Shown: positions 43,544 to 53,176, counted from the first letter of the stretch. The stretch: 64,000 nt of DNA from Candidatus Latescibacterota bacterium (GCA_965217865.1 CBDCJO010000002.1:5056001-5120000), one strand, 5' to 3'. Numbers and translations are program-made. Notes: a model not told the origin generated them from the letters alone.

Positions 43544-44350
43544 TCATCGAATACCCAGGACATCCCGCATGTCGTAGAGCCCAGTGCCCGCTGTTACAAC
43601 GAACCGGACAGCTCGAAGGGCTCCGGATGCGAATGCGTCCCGGCTTTGCACCCGATGAGCGAACTCTATCCGCTCACCCCCGCCTATGAACATCACCGTG
43701 TGATCACCCACTATGTCCCCACCCCTGACGGCGTGGATGCCGATTTCCTCCGGTTTTCTCTTTCCTGTGGCGCCTTCCCGCCCGTAGACGGCCACCCCTT
43801 TAAGCTCCCGATCCAGCCCACGAGCCGCGGCATCGGCAAGGGCAAGGGCTGTCCCACTGGGTGCGTCCGTTTTGAGGTGATGGTGCATCTCGACGACCTC
43901 CACTTCGAAGCCGTCCCCTAGGACCTTCGCGGCTTCCTCGACAAGGCCGGTCAAGAGGGTGACGCCGGCAGTGAAGTTGGGCGCGAAGACGCATGGTATG
44001 TTCGCTACGTTCTGTTTAAAGGCTGTCACCTGATCCACATCCATTCCTGTCGTCCCCACCACCATCGATTTTCCCAAACGCCCGGCGACTTTCGAGGCCG
44101 CAAGGGTCCCGTCCGGGGGCGCGGTGAAGGCGATTATCACGTCCCCTCGGTCGATCACCTTTTCGAGGTCATCCACAACGGGTGCATCGATGTGCCCGGC
44201 CCCGACGAGATCACCCGCATCTTTGCCGATGGACGGATGTCCTGGGTTCTCCACACCGGCGACGACCCGAAGGTCGTCGCTCTGAAGCGACAGGTGGGCG
44301 AGTCGGCCTCCCATCTGACCCCCGATGCCGCAGATGACAACCCTGATCAT
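43544..44350 (-). CDS. dapB: 4-hydroxy-tetrahydrodipicolinate reductase
   Basis: GTTG, APNF..G, EMHH..K.DAPSGTA, RGGDIVGDH. Confidence 0.97.
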   Translation of the reverse strand: MIRVVICGIGGQMGGRLAHLSLQSDDLRVVAGVENPGHPSIGKDAGDLVGAGHIDAPVVDDLEKVIDRGDVIIAFTAPPDGTLAASKVAGRLGKSMVVGTTGMDVDQVTAFKQNVANIPCVFAPNFTAGVTLLTGLVEEAAKVLGDGFEVEVVEMHHHLKTDAPSGTALALADAAARGLDRELKGVAVYGREGATGKRKPEEIGIHAVRGGDIVGDHTVMFIGGGERIEFAHRVQSRDAFASGALRAVRFVVTAGTGLYDMRDVLGIR

Positions 44351-44371
44351 AGCGTTCCCCTGTCTGTTTGA

Positions 44372-46165
44372 TTAACCGTGCAGGCGTTTTTCAAGGGCGT
44401 CGATTTCAACGTTCAACACATCGGGCAAACGATCTCCGAATTGGGCGTAATATTCACGGATCGGGTCTATCTCGGAAAGCCAGTCCTCAGGCCGGACGGT
44501 CAGGAGTTCTTCCATGTCGGATTCAGGGATGTCCAATCCGTTAAGGTCCAGGGAATCCCTCGTTGGCACCAGACCGATCGGCGTTTCCACGGCATTCGCC
44601 TTTCCCTCGATCCGTTCACAGATCCACTTGAGAACCCGGCTGTTTTCCCCGAATCCGGGCCACAGCCAGTTGCCTTCTTTATCCTTTCGGAACCAATTCA
44701 CATAAAAGATCCTCGGTGTATTTTTTCCGAGCTTTCTCCCCATGTCCAGCCAATGCTTGAAATAGTCGCCCATGTTATAACCGCAAAATGGGAGCATTGC
44801 GAATGGATCACGTCGTAGCTTACCGACCGCTCCGGCCGCGGCGGCGGTGGTTTCGGATGCCATGATGGAGCCCAGGAAGACCCCGTGCGTCCAATTAAAG
44901 GCCTCGTGAACCAGCGGTACCACACCAGAACGTCGTCCCCCGAAGATGAAGGCCGATACGGGGACGCCGTCCGGATTTTCCCAATCCGGATCTATGATCG
45001 GACACTGAGAAGCGGGCGTGGTATACCTTGCGTTGGGATTAGAGGCTTTGTCCGAGGAACCGGGCTCCCAAGGTCGGCCGTGCCAGTCCACAAGACGGGC
45101 GGGCGGATCCGGGGTCATCCCCTCCCACCAGACGTCCCCTTCCGGGGTAGAGGCGGTATTGGTAAAGAGGCTGTTTTTTGACAACGTGACCATCGCGTTG
45201 GCGTTCGACTCTTCGCTTGTCCCGGGCGCGACGCCGAAAAATCCGGATTCCGGGTTTATCGCATAGAGCCGGCCGTCTTGGCCCTGCCGCATCCAGGCGA
45301 TGTCATCCCCAACACACCCCGCGTGCCAATCCGATACGGTGGGCTGGAGCATGGCCATGTTGGTCTTCCCGCAGGCCGAGGGGAAGGCGCCTCCGATGTA
45401 GTATTTTTTCCCTTCGGGTGAGGTCAGCCCAAGAATCAGCATATGCTCCGCCATCCATCCTTCGGCCCGCGCCATGGTCGATGCGATTCGAAGTGCAAAA
45501 CACTTTTTCCCAAGCAGTGCATTCCCTCCGTAACCCGAGCCATAGGACCAGATGGAGGGTTCTTCCGGAAAATGGACGATGTATTTGCTATCGGGATTGC
45601 AGGGCCACGGGACGTCTTTCCGGCCGGGTTCCAGGGGTGCGCCCACAGAGTGTAAGCAGGGAAGAAATTCACCGTCACCCATGGCCTCCAAAGCCCTGTC
45701 CCCCATGCGTGTTATGATTCTCAAACTGCACACGACGTATGGTGAGTCCGTCACTTCCACACCGATCTTTGAACTGTGTGCTCCCACTGGGCCCATCGAA
45801 AAAGGAACCACATACATGGTCCTGCCTCTCATGGAACCTCCGAAAAGGCCGAGAAGGAGACTTTTCATTTCCTCTGGATCGTGCCAATTATTGGTCGGGC
45901 CCGCGTCCTGTTGATTTTGGGTGCAGATAAACGTGCGATCTTCAACCCTGGCCACGTCTCCGGGGTCGGAACGAATGATGAAACTGTTGGGCCTCCGTTG
46001 TTCGTTCAACCGTGTAAATGTACCGTTCCGGCACATCATCTCGGCGAGCCGGTCATACTCCTCCTGCGAGCCGTCACACCAGTGAATCCCATCGGGATTA
46101 CAAAGGGCGGCCATTTCCTCAACCCAGTCGAGCAATTTCGAATTGGTCGTTTTTTGCTTCTGCAT
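44372..46165 (-). CDS. pckG: Phosphoenolpyruvate carboxykinase (GTP)
   Basis: [52 protein letters not shown]. Confidence 0.97.
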   Translation of the reverse strand: MQKQKTTNSKLLDWVEEMAALCNPDGIHWCDGSQEEYDRLAEMMCRNGTFTRLNEQRRPNSFIIRSDPGDVARVEDRTFICTQNQQDAGPTNNWHDPEEMKSLLLGLFGGSMRGRTMYVVPFSMGPVGAHSSKIGVEVTDSPYVVCSLRIITRMGDRALEAMGDGEFLPCLHSVGAPLEPGRKDVPWPCNPDSKYIVHFPEEPSIWSYGSGYGGNALLGKKCFALRIASTMARAEGWMAEHMLILGLTSPEGKKYYIGGAFPSACGKTNMAMLQPTVSDWHAGCVGDDIAWMRQGQDGRLYAINPESGFFGVAPGTSEESNANAMVTLSKNSLFTNTASTPEGDVWWEGMTPDPPARLVDWHGRPWEPGSSDKASNPNARYTTPASQCPIIDPDWENPDGVPVSAFIFGGRRSGVVPLVHEAFNWTHGVFLGSIMASETTAAAAGAVGKLRRDPFAMLPFCGYNMGDYFKHWLDMGRKLGKNTPRIFYVNWFRKDKEGNWLWPGFGENSRVLKWICERIEGKANAVETPIGLVPTRDSLDLNGLDIPESDMEELLTVRPEDWLSEIDPIREYYAQFGDRLPDVLNVEIDALEKRLHG

Positions 46166-46179
46166 ATCCCCGTCTCGTG

Positions 46180-47214
46180 TCAATCGGAATAGGCCAGTCC
46201 TTCGAGTACGGATCGATCCTCGAGCCGTTTGGAAATATCGACTTTGAAGTGGTCCTCCACAGGTGCAAAGATCTCGGGATTTTGGGCCTGGACTGTTCGG
46301 GCAATGTTCAAAACCTTTTCAAGGCCGCTTCGGTTCATCTTTCCCAGGGGTCGCCTGCAGGGTCCGGCTCGCATACCCAGAATATTCATTAAGGACTTGA
46401 CCGGAAGGGGATTTCGGGCTTTTACCTCAGTGTTTCCAAAGGGTGTTTTCTCCTCAGACTTCACCCCGACCATGCCGAACACGGGTCGCAACCCTTCGAG
46501 AAGCCTTTCGCCGGTCGCACGGTCCCCGTTCCGGAGTGCGGATATGAATTCCTGAACGGCCTTCGGAACGACGTTTGAAATAACTGAAATCACACCGCCA
46601 GCAGAAATGTCTGGCCTGGTCATCATGTCGAATGTCTTGTCGTCGTCTCCCGACAGGATATTGTAATTCTTTCCGCAGAGCTTCCGGGTTCGGGCCATAT
46701 TATTCAGATCTCCCGTGGCCTCTTTCACAGTACCTACATTGGGATGCTTCTCATATAGAATAGCCAGATCTTCCGGCAACAGCTGGCACCCGGTCCTTCC
46801 GGGGATGACATACGGGATGATCTGAATCTCCGGAAAGGCCTTTGCGACGGGTTCGACGTATTCTCGTCTGATCTCAATCGAGCTGGGACCATTGTAGTAG
46901 GGGTCTACAAGGAGGACAGAGTCTGCCCCGGATTGGGCGGCGTGCTCAGTTCCTCTCAGGGTCTCCTCAGTAGAGTTGCTCCCGGTCCCTGCAATCGCCT
47001 GTCCGTGCCCTTTTACCAGACGACAGACCGTATCGGTTACCTGGTTGTGTTCTTCCCAGGTAAGGGTCGGACTTTCACCCGTTGTACCAACGGCCAGGAG
47101 GCCCTGCACACCCGATTCGATCTGATACCCGATCAGGCTTTCAAGGCTCGCTTCATCCACGGTCCTGTCAGATTTGAACGGTGTGATCAACGCTGTATAG
47201 CATCCACCGAACAT
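46180..47214 (-). CDS. dapA: 4-hydroxy-tetrahydrodipicolinate synthase (long form)
   Basis: TALITPF, GTTGES, GSNST, PYYN, KEATG, LSGDD, NP.PVK; in an operon with dapB. Confidence 0.92.
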   Translation of the reverse strand: MFGGCYTALITPFKSDRTVDEASLESLIGYQIESGVQGLLAVGTTGESPTLTWEEHNQVTDTVCRLVKGHGQAIAGTGSNSTEETLRGTEHAAQSGADSVLLVDPYYNGPSSIEIRREYVEPVAKAFPEIQIIPYVIPGRTGCQLLPEDLAILYEKHPNVGTVKEATGDLNNMARTRKLCGKNYNILSGDDDKTFDMMTRPDISAGGVISVISNVVPKAVQEFISALRNGDRATGERLLEGLRPVFGMVGVKSEEKTPFGNTEVKARNPLPVKSLMNILGMRAGPCRRPLGKMNRSGLEKVLNIARTVQAQNPEIFAPVEDHFKVDISKRLEDRSVLEGLAYSD

Positions 47215-47375
47215 GGGGAACCTCCATAATAAAGCGTAAAGCGCCGGATTTAGCGATTGTCCGAATAGGTGTCTACAACGATTCGCGATACATGACTTAC
47301 GGAACCGTGGAAGCATTGTCAAGAGGAAAAGCATAAAGGAAATTCAACGTATCCACATCCCGCAGCTCTTTTTAT

Positions 47376-47403
47376 TAAAGAAGTTGGGGAGACTTGCCGA
47401 TAT
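47376..47403 (+). promoter_or_regulatory. sigma28 (FliA/SigD)-type promoter
   Basis: TAAA-16 bp-GCCGATAT, matching the SigD consensus. Confidence 0.7.
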
Positions 47404-47541
47404 TACGAACAGGCGGATTGTTTTCGCCTGCAAGCCGGTCGGGAATGTGATGCTTCAGCCAAAAATTGGCCTCGTGGACCTCCCACCTCGAGCCTTTAGC
47501 TCAGGTCCTTCGGGGGACGTGTCAGATTGGAGGGAATCGAC

Positions 47542-48042
47542 ATGCCCAGCGGGATCGGAGCCCCCATCGCCTTTCCCCCCATCACGAATTCCACAGGGAC
47601 TTATACCTCCAGCGGTCAAGCAGGAATCAGCAGTCATATCGGCATCGGCATAACCGAGATCACACCCCCGGACATCGTCGAGATATCTGCCGGGGCGTCA
47701 GGCCAGACCGGGAGTTCCCCGGGCGGGACCGTTCGCACGTATTCACCCCAGTCTCTTTCGGATCGATTCGGTTACGAGATCAGTAACGGGTTTTTCAGGC
47801 AGGGAGGGAGACTCCTGACCAACACAGTCCGTAGCGGGTCTCAAGCTGCGGCTACCTACAGGTCCAGGGGCCAGGCAGGTCGGCTCTTCGTTGGGAAGGA
47901 ATTTGCGGGCCTACACGGAGCGATCTTTTCCCTCCGATACCAGGGCGCCTCGCCAGATGGGAACGGGATCCTGAACCGACAGGCAATCAATGAGTTCAGA
48001 CGAATCGCTTCACAGAACTTACCCCTTCTGTCCACCCTTTGA
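47542..48042 (+). CDS. Hypothetical protein, probably sigma28-controlled
   Basis: GGAGGG RBS, ATG 47542; G/S/T-rich N-terminus with DIVEIS. Confidence 0.6.
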   Translation: MPSGIGAPIAFPPITNSTGTYTSSGQAGISSHIGIGITEITPPDIVEISAGASGQTGSSPGGTVRTYSPQSLSDRFGYEISNGFFRQGGRLLTNTVRSGSQAAATYRSRGQAGRLFVGKEFAGLHGAIFSLRYQGASPDGNGILNRQAINEFRRIASQNLPLLSTL

Positions 48043-48148
48043 CACCGTACGCATCTTACCGCGACGCCTACCTCTATCACCGGCTCCCTTCCAGTTCTCC
48101 TGGTCTCCAATCAGCATTCCCAGTATTCCCCTTCAATCCATCCCTTAG

Positions 48149-49674
48149 CAGCCCGTTGAAGAACTACCTTTCAACGCACATAAACGGAAAAGACGCCTGG
48201 AGTGCGGGTCAGATAAATCAAGGTAAGGAGATTGAGCAGGAGACGCTGATAAGAGGTTAAAAAGGTGACCGAGGGCAGCAAACGTGATTGTAGGACGAGC
48301 AGTAGACGCTGCAAGGCCTTGGCCAGGTCCTGGAGGGCCTTCGGAGTACCTACGCCCATCACTTTGCGCATGAGCAGAGCCAGGTTGCAGCCCCCGATGT
48401 GGATCAGCAAACGCTTGAGGATATTGCCGCGGTCTCTCAAGTGCAACCTGCGCATGCCACCGGTATCATATGTGTGAGCGATGGTTCTTTCCACCCGTTC
48501 TGCACGACTTCGGCGCAAGACCTTGCCGCGATCTCCCTTGATCCGGCGTCGATTCGCATATACCGCGGCCTGCTCATCTCGTCGGCCGTTCCACTTGCGG
48601 CGTCCCCGATCCGGTTCTGAAATGTAACTCCGGATGCCGCCTTGCTTCAGACTGGTCAATACATCGTTGCTATGATATCCTTTGTCCGCAACCACCTCCC
48701 GTATACGCTGTCTGTGCAAACGTTTGGCAGCTTTTTCGTCCTTCGCGACCTGCTTGAGATTGAGCTGCGCCTCGAGCAGCGTCCAGGGCAACGACTCGGT
48801 ATCTCCTTCATCTGCTCCCGACAACGCCACTGCCACAATGGCATTGGTGTCCAGATCCACCGCGTGCTCCACCTTGTGCGCCATGTGCGTGCGACCGTCC
48901 TTCATCTTAGCGATCTTGGCATCCGGGTCGTGCGGGTGCTCCCAGTCCTGGTTCGATCCCTTCTTCGGTCGCTTCTTATCGATCTTGGACAAGTCCTCGC
49001 GGGTAGGCGTTTCAATGCCCGAGGCCTTGGCCAGATTCTCAAGGAATGCCTGGTAGCCTTCACCCGTGTCACGGCGTACAATGCTGCGCATCGCGGCGTT
49101 GGCCTCCAGTGTCGTAGCATCCACGCCCAACGTCTTCCCCTTCACCAGACCCGCTTTGCACAAGACCCTCAGGATCCACTTGAAAACCGCTTCGTGAACT
49201 TCCAAGGGAAGCCGATGCCGGATGCGAGACAGGCTGGAATGATCCGGGGTCTGTTCGTCAAGGGCATACCCCAAAAACCGGCGCAACGTCAGCGAGTCAG
49301 ATACACGCCATTCGATCCCACGTTCCGAATCAAGTCCCTCGAAATACCCAATCAAAAGCATCCGAAAATAAACCCCGGGCGGAATGCCCTTGCGACCCAT
49401 ATGAGGAGCGTAATACCGCTGGCAAAGCCCCTCGACGAACTCGTCGAAGCCGTTCGCCCCCAATACCTGATTCAGCTTCTCGTAGAACGGATGACCCGGA
49501 AATTTCACCAAAGTGTTCGATGCGATGAACAGGTTTTCCTGTCTCTGTCGTCCTCGTTTTCCCATTGCCATTTGCTCGTCCTCCCTTCTCAGTTTGAACC
49601 TGATATATCATAGGACCAAACCACAAGGAAAGACAATAGTCATCTTGGCATAAACGCACTTTTTCAACAGGCTG
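48149..49674 (-). mobile_element. IS1182/IS5-like insertion sequence, copy 2 (1526 bp)
   Basis: Same terminal IRs as copy 1; perfect TTAG direct repeats at 48145-48148 and 49675-49678. Confidence 0.93.
48171..49571 (-). CDS. IS1182-family DDE transposase
   Basis: Same protein as 18517..19917 except VKSP to VKFP. Confidence 0.92.
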   Translation of the reverse strand: MAMGKRGRQRQENLFIASNTLVKFPGHPFYEKLNQVLGANGFDEFVEGLCQRYYAPHMGRKGIPPGVYFRMLLIGYFEGLDSERGIEWRVSDSLTLRRFLGYALDEQTPDHSSLSRIRHRLPLEVHEAVFKWILRVLCKAGLVKGKTLGVDATTLEANAAMRSIVRRDTGEGYQAFLENLAKASGIETPTREDLSKIDKKRPKKGSNQDWEHPHDPDAKIAKMKDGRTHMAHKVEHAVDLDTNAIVAVALSGADEGDTESLPWTLLEAQLNLKQVAKDEKAAKRLHRQRIREVVADKGYHSNDVLTSLKQGGIRSYISEPDRGRRKWNGRRDEQAAVYANRRRIKGDRGKVLRRSRAERVERTIAHTYDTGGMRRLHLRDRGNILKRLLIHIGGCNLALLMRKVMGVGTPKALQDLAKALQRLLLVLQSRLLPSVTFLTSYQRLLLNLLTLIYLTRTPGVFSVYVR

Positions 49675-49735
49675 TTAGGGGTGGTCGTTGATGTTTAACT
49701 TGCATGCTTTTTCTCGAATCGATCGGGTTTGTGTC

Positions 49736-49764
49736 TTGACAGTCCTTAAACCCGTGGGTATATT
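49736..49764 (+). promoter_or_regulatory. sigma70-like promoter upstream of short ORF at 49801
   Basis: TTGACA-17 bp-TATATT (the -10 box ends near 49764). Confidence 0.5.
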
Positions 49765-50011
49765 TTTGATAACTTCACACATTCAAAAAAGGATCCACCT
49801 GTGGAAGACGATAAGATTCCAAACTTTCTCCTGCCTTTAAGCCCGGAGGAAAAGAAGAAAGCGAAAGAATACGCAATTAGAACTCAAGGGCTTGACTTTT
49901 GGTCCCTTGTTGGTTATATTTCCCCCACTTTGAGCGGCGAAACGCCTGACTGGCCAAGCCGGACTAGGGTTTCGTTAGTCTGATTGGCCACGCTAAAGGG
50001 AGGACTGCACA

Positions 50012-51151
50012 ATGGATTTTATCGACGAAGTTCGGACGCGCTCATCTCGTTTCGCACAGCGGACTGAGCATTTTAACGATCAGGAATCCACCGAGGAATC
50101 AACCAAAACCTCGCTCGTTTTACCGTTCATTCAGATGCTTGGCTACGACATATTCAATCCTGCTGAAGTTCTTCCCGAATTCACGGCGGATATTGGAACC
50201 AAGAAAGGCGAGAAAGTGGATTTTGCACTAATGCAGGACGGCCACCCCATAATACTTATCGAGTGCAAGAAACTGGGAACAACGCTCTCTAGCGATACTG
50301 TGTCCCAGCTGCTTCGGTATTTTGGCGTTACGGAATCGCATGTCGGCATATTGACGGACGGTATCTTTTACCGGTTCTTTTCCGATCTTGATCAGTCAAA
50401 TGTCATGGACCCTCGCCCGTTTTTTGAATTCAATATGCTCGACTTCACCGAGATCCAGGTGAAGGAATTAAAAAGATTTACCAAAGACGAGTTTGACAAA
50501 TCGTCGATCATCGGCGCGGCAAGAGAATTAAGATACACCGCCGAGATCAAAGGTCTGCTGGCACGGGAATTAATGAAACCTTCGGACGACTTTGTGAGAT
50601 ATGTCATCCGTCAGGTTTATGAAGGAAGGGTTTCGGTGGCATCCCGTAATATGTTTAAGGAGCTTACTTTTTCTGCCTTTAACCAATTCATAAGCGACAA
50701 AATACAGGACCGTCTGGCAAGTGCGCTAAAACAGGAAGGCGACGCAGCACAGGAGCAGCGGCCCGACAAAATTTCAGAAAAAGAAACTCCCGAGTTTGCA
50801 CCGGCCGAACTTGCCGCGCTAAACACCGTAAAAGCTATCTTGGGCGGCATTGTGAATGCTAGCCATCTCGGTTTAAGGCAAGCCAAGCGCTACTGTTCGG
50901 TTGTGCTGCATCGCAGTCCCGAAAAGAAAGATTACGGGACCGTCCTATTCCATTTGTATGCGAGGCGCCCTGAGTCTGTAAAGGTGAAGGGGCCGGGAGT
51001 CACACCTATCGCACTCGATACGATTGAAGACCTTTTTGCACACACAGACCACTTACGCAAGTTCGTCCAGGAAAACGAAGCGATCGCTGCGCCAGCCTCG
51101 GATCATGCAACACCGCCCGTTGAAATCATTACGCAAAGCACCCCATCATGA
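50012..51151 (+). CDS. HsdR_N-like PD-(D/E)xK nuclease domain protein (IS passenger)
   Basis: TEESTK..LVLPF..LGYD, EV.PE, KVDFAL, IECKK, QL.RYF, ILTDG..YRFFSD; no helicase or methyltransferase motifs. Confidence 0.85.
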   Translation: MDFIDEVRTRSSRFAQRTEHFNDQESTEESTKTSLVLPFIQMLGYDIFNPAEVLPEFTADIGTKKGEKVDFALMQDGHPIILIECKKLGTTLSSDTVSQLLRYFGVTESHVGILTDGIFYRFFSDLDQSNVMDPRPFFEFNMLDFTEIQVKELKRFTKDEFDKSSIIGAARELRYTAEIKGLLARELMKPSDDFVRYVIRQVYEGRVSVASRNMFKELTFSAFNQFISDKIQDRLASALKQEGDAAQEQRPDKISEKETPEFAPAELAALNTVKAILGGIVNASHLGLRQAKRYCSVVLHRSPEKKDYGTVLFHLYARRPESVKVKGPGVTPIALDTIEDLFAHTDHLRKFVQENEAIAAPASDHATPPVEIITQSTPS

Positions 51152-52013
51152 ACGTATCAAATGTCCGCTTGTTCTTGCGGTTATTGTATTTGTAGCAGGC
51201 TTCAGCCACGTAGAACGGCGTGTATCGCTTCGTATAGTGATGATGGGAACCGTACCAGGCACGCTTGAGTAAAGACCACACGCCTTCAATCGTGTTGGTA
51301 TGTATATCACCGTCCGCGTAATGCCTGGCGTGGTGGATCACCGCGTGATCCATGATTTGCCTTACGGCGTTGTAGGCCCCGAATTCGTCCGTGACAAGCA
51401 TCGACTCCGAAGGGTCTATCGCCTGCTTGATGAAGGCCAGAACTCCCCTGCCCGACAGATCGTCCGCCACGCGGGCAACTACCTTCCCGCCGCGTTCCAC
51501 GGCTCCTATAACCGGAGTCTTGCTGGTTCCGCGTCCCCTGGGAGCGTTGCCGCCGCCATCCGACCGTCTGTTGCGTTTCCTGGGCTTGCCTCCGACGTAG
51601 GTCTCATCGGCTTCGACGATCCCTCGCAACAATACCTTCCCCTGCCTTGTTGCCATCTCGGCACGAATCCGCTGTTGCATGTACCATGCAGACCGTTGCG
51701 TAAGGTTCAGGTCCCGGGCAAGCTGGCAACTGGACAGGCTTTTCTTGGCGTTCACGATCAAGGCGATCGCCATAAACCACTTCTGAAGCGGAAGGTGCGT
51801 TTTCTGAAATATTGTCCCGGAAAGGACGTTGAAGCTGGACTTGCAGGCATGGCAGTTCCAACGCCCGACGCGGTTTCCCTCTTTCTTCTGGGCGCACTCC
51901 CCAACCGCCCCACACAGCGGACAAAACGGATCACTTCCGAACCGCACCCGCTCCAGATGCTCAATGCACGATTCCTGCGTCGGGAACTTTTCAATCGCCG
52001 TCAACAAGTTCAT
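51129..52013 (-). CDS. IS1595-family transposase
   Basis: Zn ribbon CPLC..CHAC, VEADETYVGG, RGRG, VTDE..AY, HTNTIEG.WS.LKR. Confidence 0.95.
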   Translation of the reverse strand: MNLLTAIEKFPTQESCIEHLERVRFGSDPFCPLCGAVGECAQKKEGNRVGRWNCHACKSSFNVLSGTIFQKTHLPLQKWFMAIALIVNAKKSLSSCQLARDLNLTQRSAWYMQQRIRAEMATRQGKVLLRGIVEADETYVGGKPRKRNRRSDGGGNAPRGRGTSKTPVIGAVERGGKVVARVADDLSGRGVLAFIKQAIDPSESMLVTDEFGAYNAVRQIMDHAVIHHARHYADGDIHTNTIEGVWSLLKRAWYGSHHHYTKRYTPFYVAEACYKYNNRKNKRTFDTFMMGCFA

Positions 52014-52192
52014 TTTCCTTTCTCCCTTTTTTTGGTTAAGTTGGTTGTTTTCACTACACTTAATATAACCAAAAAAGGGTTGAAAGTCAAGCCCTTAAAT
52101 TCTAATTGCGTTCTTTTTTATCCTGCCGATACCCGCCGCCGGTCCGACCCTTTGGCGTTGCCATCCCCGATTCGTTTTTTATATTCGCATCC

Positions 52193-53131
52193 ATGATAAA
52201 CCGTTCTGTCAGGGTCACGATCTATTCAAAAACCGATTGTGATCTGTGCGAAATCGCCAAAGAACGGGTTGAAAACGTCAGGCGTTCGCTGCCTTTCTGC
52301 CTGGAAGAGGTCGATGTCGGGGCTGACCCACGACTTCACGATCGCTACGGGGAACGTGTCCCTGTAGTGACCGTGAATGGAGAAGAGGTTTGCGTCTACC
52401 GCGTCAACGAGAAGCTGTTAACTCGAAAGGTGAAAGAGGCCGCTCGGAAAGGGACTGTGCGGAGAGGGGGGAGCTCGACAGACCGGGCTCCCGCAAGGTT
52501 GGCTCATAGGCTCCTGGGGACTTTTTTACATCCCAGCAGAACGTTTTCTTCGATACGGGTCCATTCTTCACGGTCCGACTGGGTGGTGCCGTGGTCCATC
52601 GGATCGGTGGTATCAGTAGGAGCCGTGTACGGAGTCGGCCCCATCATTTTGCGTGAGGCCCTTATCGATCGAGCGCCATCAAGCATGACAGGGATGACGG
52701 GGTTATTGATCGGTGTGACTCCGTTGATTAGCCTCAGCGTTTTGTTCCTTCTTTCCGGAATCTATTTCGGGGTGGCGAACTTCATGTTAAATGGCTTCGC
52801 CACATTCCACAAGGTTCTGGTGGTGCAGGCTTATAGCGGGATGATCAGGACACTGGGCGACTTGATCCTTTCATTTTTGGTCGTGATGAAACAACCCACG
52901 CACGTGGAGGTTGGTCCCGCGCTTCTTATGCCCCCTGGCACGGAACTCGATTCGAAGTTCCTGCTGGCATATGAGATCGATATTTTCACAATCTGGTACC
53001 TCACTGTTGTCTCTATCGGGATTGGCATCGTATCGGGGATTCCCTGGAAGAAAGTCGGGATTGTCTTATTCACCCTCTGGGTGCTGTTCGTTGCCGCCAA
53101 ATCGGTGATGAGAATTATCTTCGTCGGGTAA
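52193..53131 (+). CDS. Glutaredoxin-like (DUF836) + Yip1-type membrane domain fusion
   Basis: TIYSKTDCDLC...YGERVPV; then L.PS.TF, several TM segments, IDIFTIW. Confidence 0.7.
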   Translation: MINRSVRVTIYSKTDCDLCEIAKERVENVRRSLPFCLEEVDVGADPRLHDRYGERVPVVTVNGEEVCVYRVNEKLLTRKVKEAARKGTVRRGGSSTDRAPARLAHRLLGTFLHPSRTFSSIRVHSSRSDWVVPWSIGSVVSVGAVYGVGPIILREALIDRAPSSMTGMTGLLIGVTPLISLSVLFLLSGIYFGVANFMLNGFATFHKVLVVQAYSGMIRTLGDLILSFLVVMKQPTHVEVGPALLMPPGTELDSKFLLAYEIDIFTIWYLTVVSIGIGIVSGIPWKKVGIVLFTLWVLFVAAKSVMRIIFVG

Positions 53132-53176
53132 ACAGGACATCCGACTTTTTGATGAACCGCCTTTGAGAAGGAATTC

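Larger units (their letters stand above)
49871..52111. mobile_element. IS1595-family element with passenger gene (transporter IS), ~2.24 kb
   Basis: 50-bp terminal inverted repeats (49871-49920 vs 52062-52111; 42/50 identical by manual alignment) enclose the nuclease gene and the transposase. Confidence 0.88.

Noticed and set aside
18414-49674. Composite transposon or past inversion between the inverted IS1182 copies
   Set aside because: Both halves of the split dehydrogenase flank copy 1 in frame, copy 2 has its own TTAG duplication, and the enclosed DNA includes core genes; these are independent insertions
49928-49998. Hammerhead or pistol ribozyme
   Set aside because: CUGA and GAAA are present but not in the required CUGANGA-stem-GAAA-stem-UH order; pistol pseudoknot elements not found
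52095-52133. Second sigma28 promoter (TAAA...GCCGATAC)
   Set aside because: Spacing is about 25 bp rather than 15-16, and the TAAA lies inside the IS repeat
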